From Octopus vulgaris (taxonomy: Eukaryota), in the NCBI GenBank assembly GCA_951406725.2, contig OX597835.1, forward strand, positions 41,788,001 through 41,852,000: DNA of 64,000 nt. Reading direction: 5' to 3'. The position numbers were made by a program, and so were the translations under genes. A model generated the notes under the pieces. It was not told the origin of the DNA, made no database searches, and saw nothing but the letters and a program-made list of their open reading frames with translations. Of the stretch, positions 49,437 to 60,567 are shown one piece after another (positions within the stretch are counted from its first letter, which is position 1; each line of letters begins with the position of its first letter).

Positions 49437-49770
49437 CATCATCATCATCATCATCGTCGTCGTTTAACATTTGTCTTCCATGCTAGCATGGGTTGGACGG
49501 TTCGACCAGGGTCTAGGAAGCCAGGAGGCTGCACCAGGCTCCAGTCTGATCTGGCAGTGTTTCTACAGCTGGATGCCCTTCCTAACGCCAACCACTCCGT
49601 GAGTGTAGTGGCTGCTTTTTACGTGCCACTGGCACAGGGGCCAGATGAGGCTGGCAATGGCCACGATTGGTTGGTGCTTTTTATGTGCCACCAGCACGGA
49701 AGCCAGTCAAGGCGGCGCTGGCATCGGCTATGTTTGGATGGTGCTTTTTATGTGCCACCGGCACAGGTAT
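49437..49770 (-). mobile_element. SINE/LINE-tail repeat family D ending in (ATG)n (also about 47420, 53120, 60155, 61000, 62185)
   Basis: Recurrent tttaacgtccgctttccatgctagcatgggttggacgg next to (CAT)n. Confidence 0.75.
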
Positions 49771-49888
49771 CACAACTACAATTTCCATTTGATTTTCATT
49801 TTGATGTTGATGTACTTGACTCATTAGGTCTCCTCAAGCACATTTGAGAATATTAACATCAGTTTATTCTATTTCATCATTACTTTAG

Positions 49889-49933
49889 GTCCTGTTTGCA
49901 TCTGATCTCAGACGATTCAAAGATAAAAATGAG
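49889..49933 (+). CDS. OGG1: OGG1 exon 5 (VLFASDLRRFKDKNE)
   Basis: Conserved VLFxxDL; tttag acceptor, gtgagt donor. Confidence 0.93.
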
Positions 49934-50074
49934 GTGAGTAGCAATTACATATCTATGTATATATATGTCTGTCTATATGTAGACTATACCATACACACAC
50001 ATGCACACACAGAATATTCAAATTACTTCTCCACCACCACACTCATACTCTTGAAAGATTTAGGAATTAAGCTC

Positions 50075-50545
50075 TCCTACACTCCTATTGTTGTTATTGT
50101 CATTCTTCAAAGCCACAGTCGAACCAATTCTACTATATGGCTCAGAAACCTGGACGTTATCAAAGAAGCTTGAGAGGCGGTTGGATGGAACCTACACTCA
50201 CCTCCTTATGAGAGCTCAAAATCTCTCGTGGAAGCGTCATCCAACCAAAGTACAAATATATGGGGAAACTATCACCTGTATCATCTCTTTGAAAGGTAGA
50301 AGAGTCCAGTTTGCTGGACATTGTTGTAGAGGTGAAAACGAGGTAATTTCTTCTCTTCTCCTCTGGAAGCCATCAGCTCGCAATACCAGAGGGTGCACAC
50401 TCTCCTACCCTGATGTAATCTCCAGGAATACAGGCATCCAGCAACAGGACCTCCGTAATGCTATGATGGACTGTGAAGTCTGGCGTAGCATAGTAAATTC
50501 CATTGTTTCGACCACGGTCAAACAATGATGATGATGATGATGTCA
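50075..50545 (+). mobile_element. RTE/RTE-X-like LINE 3' end with (ATG)n tail in OGG1 intron 5
   Basis: FKATVEPILLYGSETWTL, RVQFAGHCCR. Confidence 0.85.
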
Positions 50546-50765
50546 TTGTTGTTGTTGTTGTTATCATTGCTATTGTTGTTTTGGTTTTGTATGTTTATGT
50601 CGTTGTTGTTATAATTGTGTGGGGGATGTTGTGGCTATCATTGTTGCTATTGTTACTCTTGATGTTGTTAACATTAACATTGCTGTTGCTGTTTTTGTTT
50701 TGGTTTTCATAGTGTTTCGTTTTTGGATTTGGTTTGCAAGATTCTTTACATGAGTTCGTGTGTTG

Positions 50766-51014
50766 AAGCATATTCTGTTGTGCCTGGGGAGAGTCATTTT
50801 CTTTTTGCGCCTTATAAAATTCAACACACTCACCAGTAAAATTTCCACTTATTTCTTATTTTTATTGAGTCAAAACTATTGAAAAGGTTGCAAGACACAA
50901 CGAAAATTTTAGGACAACAAAAATAAGAGAAAAAGTGGAAATTTTACCGGTGAGTGTGTTATATTATAAGGTGCAAAAAGAAAATGACTCTCCCCAGACA
51001 CAACAGAATATGTT
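50766..51014. mobile_element. Palindromic MITE in the last OGG1 intron (half copy also at about 48241-48340)
   Basis: catattctgttgtgcctggggagagtc / gactctccccagacacaacagaatatg. Confidence 0.8.
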
Positions 51015-51085
51015 AGTGTTGTTCTTGTTGTTGTATTGGTCCTAGCCTCCATCTTATTTTTAAGAATGTTTCTTTTATTTTTAAG

Positions 51086-51157
51086 GAGCCACAAACAAAA
51101 AAGAAGAAAACTAGCAGCAAGAAGACTGAGAAACATAAGAAAACAAAACAGAAATAA
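51086..51157 (+). CDS. OGG1: OGG1 exon 6, Lys-rich NLS-like tail and stop (EPQTKKKKTSSKKTEKHKKTKQK*)
   Basis: Polypyrimidine tract with aag acceptor, in frame, TAA stop; AATAAA candidates around 52580-52670. Confidence 0.75.
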   Translation, partial: EPQTKKKKTSSKKTEKHKKTKQK

Positions 51158-51337
51158 TTCTTTTATCGAGGATCAGGGTATCATCTAAGCCCCTTCCCTT
51201 CAAACTGCTCGCTTAAATCACAAACAATCATTATTCAATCAAGTTTTTCAGGGGTCAACAAAATCAACTATCCCCACTCTAAAACATTTCTGAACCTCTG
51301 TCTATGTAAGAAATCATCATCGTCATCATCATCATCA

Positions 51338-51369
<32 letters not shown>

Positions 51370-51525
51370 GTGTGAGAGAGCAGTGCATGCCATCAAAGTG
51401 ACACTGGGGTAAAATATACGAAGCCCAGTATACCCATCATGACTACCCGTCTGATAAGGGTACACCAGGTACATGCATCACAACCATATGTACACAACAT
51501 AGTGATCTCATTATTGTTGTTGTTA

Positions 51526-51560
<35 letters not shown>

Positions 51561-52282
51561 GTGGTGAGTTGGCAGAATTTTTAGCATGCTAGGCAACAAG
51601 CTTAGCAGCACTTTACTCGTCCTTATGTTCTGAGTTCAAATTCCGCTGGGGTCGACTTTGCCTTTCATCCTTTTAGGGTCAATAAATAGAGTACCAGTGA
51701 AACCCAGGGGTCAATGTAATCAACTAGTCCCCTCCCCCGAAATTTCAGGTCTTGTGCCTTTAGTAAAAAGGATTATTATTATTGTTGTTAAGGTGTGAGC
51801 CGGCAGAATTGTTAGCATTCCAAACAAAATACGTAACGGCATTTCATCTGTCTTCATATTTTGATTTCAGACTCCACTGTGGTCAACTTTCTCTCAGGGT
51901 CAATGAAATTAGTACCAGCTGAATACTGGGGTTGATATAATCAACTTAGCCTCCTCCCCAATAATTTCAGGCCTTGTGCCTATAGTAGAAAGATATTTTT
52001 CATCATTATCACCATCACCATCATCATCATCATCATCATCATCATTCATTATTATTATTAATATTATTATTATTTTTATTATTAGGATCATTAGCATGCC
52101 AGGCAAAATGCTTAGTGATATTTTGCCTGTCTTTATGTTCTGAGTTCAAATTCTGCCAAGGCTGACTTTGCCTTTCATTCTTTCAGGGTCAATAAATTAA
52201 GTACCAATAAAAATACTGGGGTTGATGCAATTGACCAGTCCCCTCCCCAAAAATTTCATGCCTTGTGCCTTTAGTAGTAAGG

Positions 52283-52338
<56 letters not shown>

Positions 52339-54326
52339 GAGGGTGAAATGTTGACAGAAACAGTGCAGTATTAAACTTAATACTCAACAGTATTGTGCTG
52401 GTTAAATAATGTTATTAGCAAACCAAACCAGGTAATTTAACTTCATGGTTTTCAGCCCCCAGTTCCTCTGTCCCAATCAATATAAGGCTGGATTAGGGTT
52501 TTTTTATTCATACCTGTAAAATATCAATATTATTTTCTTATTACTTTTATATATGTTTATGTTGGTTTTTATATAGTTTTGTAATAAAATCTTTTTAAAA
52601 AATAAAATCATAATTCTTCAATCTGTATTTTTTTTCATTGTATCTATGAAGGGTCATTACACACCAATAAAACCACACACACACTGGTTTAATTTCACTT
52701 CTTTAATTGGTTAGTTAGTTAACCGAGACCAACTATTGATTGCTTACATAATCAGATAGTTAAACACTCAATCAGTTGTCTGTCAAAGTCCTTTCATTGC
52801 TATTCATGACCTCATCAATGACATACCCTCTCTCCTCCAGGTTCAAATCTGTCTCATTTTTTTTTCTTACAAGAAGTCTGGTGCTAAAAATGGTAACAAC
52901 ATGGTTATAAGTTCAAACCTGGCTGTAGTCAGTGTGCTATATTATCTGAGCAAGCAGATAATTATTTCCTCCTATTTGCTTGATTGGCAAAAGTAAAACT
53001 GGTTCTCTTTCTACTTAAGTAGTTTGTGGTATTTATTGACCATTCAGTCGTAAACACAAAAACAATTCCTCCAACATAGTATCATGACCATACATGCAAA
53101 CAAAACTGGATGTTGAGCAGTAATGTGGCACGTAAAAAGCACCAACTGATCGTGGCATTGCCAGCCTCCCCTGGCACCTGTGCTGGTGGCACGTAAAAAG
53201 CACCCACTTTACTCATGGAGTGGTTGGCATTAGGAAGGGCATCCAGCTGTAGAAACACTACCAGATCAGACTGGAGCCTGGTGCAGCCTCCTGGCTTCCC
53301 AGACCCCGGTCGAACCGTCCAACTTGTGCTAGCACAGAAAACGGACGTTAAACGATGATGATGATGATGATGATGATGATTATAAAACCAGCCATTGTTG
53401 TCATCATCATCATCATCATCACCATTCTTATCATCTTTGTTGCCTTTCTAAATATCATATTGTCATCACATTGTCACAATGTGTCATGTCATCATTTCGA
53501 AGCTATCCAACCTAGTTCTGCCTTAATCCACTCTTTCCTCTTCTTCTCATCTTCCTCGGATGCGTCACTCCTTCACGTCATACGAAACATTTTAACGACT
53601 TTGGTCTTAAGCAGCTGCTAGGTTGATAGTGTTTAGCTCCTGCACAGTCTCCATTGCACAGATTTTCAATCAAAGACAGGATGGCCATGCCAACCATGGC
53701 ATGATGTGATTTGAGGGAGATGTGGTTACTATTGCTAGCAGATTGAGAGATTACATAGAAGTCCCTTCATCGGCATACAAGCCACTCATTCAGTTCAGAT
53801 TGCTGTTGTCATAGAGATGGGAAACTGAAGATATAAGTACTGACTCTCCTTAAGTGCCCAGTCTGGTTGGCGTCTCTACTGCAGGTCACCAATACAGGAT
53901 TTACCTTAAATGCCATGTCATGTTAACGTTGCTATAGATACGGCAACTGAAGATGTAGGTCATCAGTAAAGATTTCATGCCGGCCAGTCCCAGTTTCTGC
54001 TCTGTTCTACAAGTTCTTGGTATTTGGCAAGCTTCCTAGATTACGGGTTAATTCAGTGTCATTATTCAATTAATTCAGTGTCGTCAATTCATTATAGGCG
54101 AGTTTGCTGCCATCAATTCACCATGAAGAAAGTTACTGAGAAAATATATCTTTAGTATCTCAGCATTGATAGGTAAAAACTATTTTATTGGGGGAAAAAA
54201 TGGTGAAATGATGTCAGTGAACTTTCTCTGTAATGAACTGATGATGGTAAACTTACTGGACAAGAGCTTCTTTCCAAGAGACTCCTCCATATGTTCTTCC
54301 CAGTAAAGTTTTTAGTAGGAAATGTA

Positions 54327-54817
54327 CCGTAAATCCTCGAGTATAACCCACCCTTGAATATAATACACAGGGGATTTTTAGAGGGCTGTATCTCTGAAAA
54401 ACCTAAACCTTGTGTATAATACGCACCCCTTCTCTAACTTGAGTCAAGGGGGTCTATATAACATCCTTGGTTTGTAAAGATGCATACGGTAACATCCTTT
54501 ATTATTAATGTATATATAACATAATGCAAACCTGTAGCATTTTTGTGCATTTTGTTTGCAGAAAATAAAGAAATAACAGTAATAACATTTAGTAAATGTT
54601 GCTTATTGCAAGTTATGGATGATTCTTTTATGACTTCATTGCTTTCTGGCTTAGCTTAAGGTATTTTCGCACCCGACATCACAAAATGCGTCTGAATAAA
54701 CATTGCCGGACAGCAAATAGAGACTCGGACATTGCTTAGAAAATAATTTTCATTTTTAACCTCGAGTATAATACCTTTAAGTTGGGCGGGGGCCGGATTA
54801 TACTCGGTGATTTATGG
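54327..54817. mobile_element. Tc1/mariner/pogo-type MITE
   Basis: TA-ccgtaaatcctcgagtataa ... ttatactcggtgatttatgg-TA. Confidence 0.75.
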
Positions 54818-55762
54818 TATGCAAAATAAAGGATATTTAACGCCATGATCCTCACATCAAGGAACTTCAATATATCGTGTCCTTTACTTTCCATTGACTA
54901 TAAGGTATGATTTGCGGGAGATTGGATTCTGTTTCTACGGCTACACAGAGTCCTTCCCCATTCCGGTGTTGGCAGAAACGATAAGTTGTTGACGGTGAGC
55001 TTTATATTGTTAAAAGGATTTCTGATAAATCATCGCAGCTCCCCGTCCTGCCCCGTCCCACTATTTGTATTTTTGGTCATTGTATCTAAATACATTAATT
55101 TCCCTTCTTTAATTGGTTAGTTAACCGACCAACTAACGATTGCTTACATAATTAGATAGTTTAACACTCAATCAGTTGTCTGTCAAAGTCCTTTCATTGC
55201 TATTCACAGGAATATTTTATACTTCTTATTTCTTTATTGCCCACAAGGGGCTAAACATAGAGAGGACAGACAAAGGGATTGAGTTGATTACATCGACCCC
55301 AGTGCGTAACTGGTACTTAATTTTTCGACCCCGAAAGGATGAAAGGCAAAGTCGACCTCGGCGGAATTTGAACTCAGAACGTAACGGCAGGCGAAATACG
55401 GCTACGCATTTCGCCCGGCGTGCTAACGGTTCTGCCAGCTCCTCACCTTATACTTCTTGATATATACATTCAACCGCAGAAAGCTTTGTCTCTCAGTAAC
55501 ATACTGGTGTTCAATCAGTTATATTTTGTGACTGCAGCAATATCAATATTGGAAATATTAAAAAATTCGATTAAGCAAGGGAGATAACTCCAATAAGATT
55601 ATCGAAATTTATTTATTTATTTATTTCACATCTGGCCCCAAATGTATTGCCTTTATCTTTTATCTTGTTTCAGTCATTTGACTGCAGCCATACTGGAGCA
55701 CTGCCTTGGAGGGTTTTAGTCAAACAAGTCGACCCCAGGATTTATTATTTGGAAGTCTAGTA

Positions 55763-56061
55763 CAGTGGTTCCCAAACTTTTTTTGACACCCAGACCACAT
55801 TCCCAGCGCCCCCACCCCCAGCTGACCATCACAAACATAGACCCCTTTCTGAAGCAAATTCAAAGCAACCGTATTTCGCAAATAAAACTTAACCTAACGA
55901 ACCCATTATTTTGCTGCTTTTACATGAATCGCTACCCCCATTATTGCCCCCACTTCTTACATGAATCGCTCCCCTATTATCACCCCACTTTCCTTCAATG
56001 CCCCCTTGGAACTTTCCACCACCCCCAGTTGGGGCAATACCGCCCACTTTGGGAACCACTG
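55763..56061. mobile_element. hAT-type MITE inserted in a SINE
   Basis: TIR cagtggttcccaaa / tttgggaaccactg. Confidence 0.8.
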
Positions 56062-56419
56062 ACTTATTCCATCAACCTCTTTTGCCGAACCACTAGGTTA
56101 CGGAGACATAAACACACCAATACCAGTTGAGAAGTGGGGAGAGACAAACACAGACACAAAAGACACACACAAATACATGATGGGCTTCTTTCAGTTTCCA
56201 TCTACCAAATCCATTCACCAGGCTTTGGTTGGCCCAAGGCAACTACAACAGAAGGCACTTGCCCAAGGTGCCACGCACTAGGATTGAACCTAGAACCATG
56301 TGGTTTGGAAGCAAGCTTCTTACCACACACCCATGCCTGCACTTATCATATATATATCATATAATTAAAATATCCCAGAATATTCCCTTGTTTCCATCAC
56401 TGGTAATGCTATTGTAGAT

Positions 56420-56638
56420 AAGGCGGCGAGCTGGCAGAAACGTTAGCACGCCGGGTGAAATGCTTAGTGGTATTTCATCTGCCGTTATGTTCTGAGTTCA
56501 AATTCCGCTGAGGTCGACTTTGCCTTTCATCCTTTCGGGGGTGATTAAATAAGTACCAGTTACGCACTGGAGTTGATGTAATCGACTTAATCCGTTTGTC
56601 TGTCCTTGTTTGTCCCCTTGTAGGCAGTAAAGAAATAG
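56420..56638 (+). mobile_element. tRNA-derived SINE family B (also 7119-7524 -, 41095-41302, 47049-47272, 55227-55450 -, 58589-58822)
   Basis: Dispersed repeat with B box gagttcaaattcc. Confidence 0.85.
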
Positions 56639-57778
56639 GTAATACTATTGTAAGCAAATAGGGATACAAAAGAGTATTTGAAGCCACCAACAATCTGTAA
56701 ATTTATTGGATTTAAGGATTATTTTAAAGGGAAAGGTCTGAGGCCTTCTGAGAACACTTTGTGGATCCATTTGTAGGTCAGAGCCCACCTGTTGCCGACA
56801 CTTGACATTGACAAGCAACGTTTTAAGTGGAGTCTAGTACAAAGCCGTAATGGCTATTTCCTCTCACAGTGAGTGCGCACACGCACGCACACATTCCTTG
56901 CCTCTATTCTGCCAGTTTTTATTGCTAAGTGGAGGCAGTAGGAAATGCTAAGAGAAATCTCAATTCATCACATACTCAAGAAACCATTTCCATCTGCAAA
57001 ACTAAGAGATGCACTTTTTTCCTTTTTACTTCTGTTTTTTTTTTTTTGACAGATCTCAATTCATATTTGTCCCTTCTACTCTCTGTCTTCACCTGGGATG
57101 AAGGAGCAGATGTCATCATTGCTAATTGTAGAAAAGCAGGTGTGCTGGTACAATTGTTCAAGCTTTCAAAGAATTGCTTAGTGGCATCTCTTCCAGCTCT
57201 TTACATTCTGAGTTCAAATCTAGTTGAGGTTAACTTTGCTTTACATCCTTTTGGGGTCATTAAACTTAGTGCCAGGCAAGTATTGGTCCCCTCTTCTCAA
57301 ATCTGCTGACTGTATGCCAAAATTTGAAACCGTCTTTACAAGGTGGAAGAGAAGATGATTCAAATCTGGTAATGAACTCGACAAGGAATGTTTTATTTGG
57401 GTGGAAGCAGGCACCACCTATGGCCTTTTATTTTTAAAGGTTATCTGAGGCTAGTTGGAGGAAAGGAGGAAGTTATTCTCAAACTGGAAACCTAACCTGA
57501 ATATGTTCAGTACATCAGCCATCTCCAACCACTCAGTCGCATAGAATGAATAAAGTTTAAAATTTTATTTCTGTTTTATCAACTGTCGTAGTCTGCAGGG
57601 TGTCTTTGCGTTATATATTTATATTATATATGTAATAATTAAATCATATATTATGCTCTTTATTGAGTTTTATTATGTATGTGATTCCTTGGTCCATGGT
57701 ACAAAAAGGTCGGGCACTGCTGTAATGGAGTGAACTCAACTTATGTTATCTAAGGACTGGATGGTGGTCTGTCTAGAC

Positions 57779-57972
57779 CAGTGGGTATCAACCTTTTTAA
57801 TATCCAGGCTAAATCCAAAACCTGGATTTTTTTAGGGAGCTGCACCCCAAAACAGTAAAATGTATGTCAATTAAAGAAAAATTTATTATATTTATAGAAA
57901 GAAAACTGTCAAGGGCTGCCAGAAGGATGCTTGAGAGATGGATGTGGTCCTTGGAGCTGCAGATAACCACTG
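57779..57972. mobile_element. hAT-type MITE with a diverged tandem copy at about 58035-58245
   Basis: cagtgg..ccactg termini; 8-bp TSD gtctagac/gcctagac. Confidence 0.7.
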
Positions 57973-60523
57973 GCCTAGACATTACTGAATAGTGTCTATA
58001 TTTCCACTTTCAGTTTATCACAATATGCAGGCCAGGCTCAAAACTTGGACATTGGGGGGAGAGGTGGCTGCCCAAAAAATGTAAAACACAAATAGATTAA
58101 AGAAAAATTTATTATATTTATCGAGTGAAGACTATCAAGGGCTGCCGGAATGATGCCTGGTGGTTGCATGCAGCCCTGGGAGCTGCAAATGAGAACTGCT
58201 GGCCCAGGCATTACTGAACAAGGATTATATTTCCACTTTAAACTGAAAGAATGCCTCTTACAAAGATAACGCAATTTCAAAATTCCATGTTTTATTAGGA
58301 TAGGTTTCCCGCTGTCACCAGATTTGTCTATTACATCACTCTTTTTCAGTTAGATATTAAAAATCTAAAAATTAACCTTGGCCACTAATTAGGACATCAG
58401 GTTTACAGAAGAATCTCTTGTTTCACTTTCATTTAGAACTCTGAGAATACAATTAATAAAAAAAAGCCTCGTGCTGTATGGGGATGGTCTATTAATAAAG
58501 TCTTATTGTTGGTTTTCACAAAAAGCCATATCACCGGAATTTTGTGACAACACAAATTATGAGAAATATTCTAGAAATAACTTCCTATAAGGCGGTGAGC
58601 TGGCAGAAACGTTAGCACGCCGGGTGAAATGCGTAGTAGTATTTCGTCTGTTGTTAGGTTCTGAGTTCAAATTCCACCGAGGTCGACTTTGCCTTTCATC
58701 CTTTCAGGGTCGATAAATTAAGCACCTGTTATGCACTGGGGTCGATCTAATTGACTTAATCCCTTTGTCTGTCCTTGTTCGTCCCCTCTATGTTTAGCCT
58801 CTTGTGGGCAATAAAGAAATAAGAAATAACATCCTATGCAGCACATTAAAGATGTTCATTCAAACAATGAAATATATTGTGAAATGAATAAGCACTATTT
58901 ATGAAAATGCTGGTATGTGTGCGCATCCCTGGTAATTTTTTTTTTAAATAGCAAAACAGTAGAAAAACGTAGATTGCAAAGCTTAATTCAATAATGAAGA
59001 AATGACAGGTGTTATAGAACATAACTGATAACCCAGTCACCTGGCAAATTAGAGATAATGGTTTGGGTCCTGTCTGTGAACCTGGTTCATTCACCGGTCC
59101 TAAGGTTATGCTGACACTGTCTGTCATTTTATATTGGAATGTTTTTGCAGTTTATCTATAAAAGTACATGGCCATGATGTTGAGGTGTCATGGGTGTGTG
59201 TGTGTTGTGTGATCATCATCATCATCATTTTAATATACACTTTTATATGCTCGCATGATCTAGATGAAATTTGTCAAGGGAGATTTTAATATAATAATAT
59301 AATGAAATTATTGTATTCAGTGCTCAGGTGCACCACAACTTGTCAAAAAGTGCGTATAAAGCATATGCAGAAATGTACAAATGTCTGGGAAGTGAACAGT
59401 GTATGAGTCAGATACATGCTTGCATGTGTATGGAGGGGAGAAAATCAGGTGTAGTGTTGGCAAATCTCAGGAAGCATGGAAGTTTTGAAGGATGCAGTGC
59501 TCCGACAACTAACAACTGATGCCGGCAGTTTGTTCCATATTTCAGCAACTCTCAGCATGAAAAAATGTTTCCGAAAGTCATGGGAGCTGTGCTGTTTTCT
59601 GACTTTGTAAACATGTCCATGGGTGTTAGAAAAGGTGCTCAGAGTTATTGTTTGTAAGATGGTTAATAATTTTATGGGTGTCTGCCAAGTCAGCTGCCAG
59701 ATGTCGGAGTTTCAATTTTCTACAGCTGGATGCTCTTCCTGTTGCCACACTTCACTTGTTTCCATGTAAGGGTAATATTTTCCTCATGGCTGGATGTGTT
59801 TTAACGGAGGATTGGAAATGAAGGACACCACTTGTATGATGGTGATGTTCATTGGCAACTATCAGGTGATGGCTTAATGGTTAGTGTATTCAGCTTACGG
59901 TTGTATGGTCATGAGTTCAATTCCAGGCAGTGCATTGTGACCTTGAGCAAGACACTTTATTTCACATTGCTCCGGTTCACTCAGCCAGCAAAAAATGAGT
60001 TGTACCAGAAATTCAAAGGGGCCAGCCTTGTCACATTCTGTGTCATGCTGAATCTCCCTGAGAACTACATTATGGGTCACATGTCTGTGGGGTACTCAGC
60101 CACTTGCACGTTAATTTCACAAGAAGGCTGTTCCATTGATCAGATCAACTGGAACATCATCATCTTCGTTTAGCTTCCGCTTTCCATGCTAGCATGGGTT
60201 GGACGGTTCAACTGGGGTCTGGGAAGCCAGAAGGCTGCACCAGGCCCAGTCTGATCCGGCAGTGTTTCTACGGCTAGATGCCCTTCCTAACGCCAACCAC
60301 TCCATGGTTGTAGTGGGTGCTTTTTACGTGCCATCTGCACAGGTGCCAGACGAGGCTGGCAAACGGCGACGATCAGATGGTGTATTTTATGTGCCACCGG
60401 CACGGAGGCCAGTCGAGGCGGTGCTGGCAACGGCCACGTTCGGATGGTTCTCTTACGTGCCATCGGCACTGGTAACACTCATTTACATTAGATGGATATT
60501 TGTCCTCATCTTGTTTGTTGTTA

Positions 60524-60567
60524 ACACAACATTTCAGCTGATATACCCTCCAGCCTTCTTCAGGTGT
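60524..60567 (-). ncRNA. Minimal hammerhead motif in partial palindrome 60481-60640
   Basis: acac-CUGAAGA-a-ggcug..cagcu-GAAA-ug-UU-gugu; CpG-decayed. Confidence 0.6.

Noticed and set aside
58846-59157. Minus-strand ORF/exon MTDSVSITLGP...
   Set aside because: All frames from the candidate acceptor contain stops, and no partner exons or homology were found
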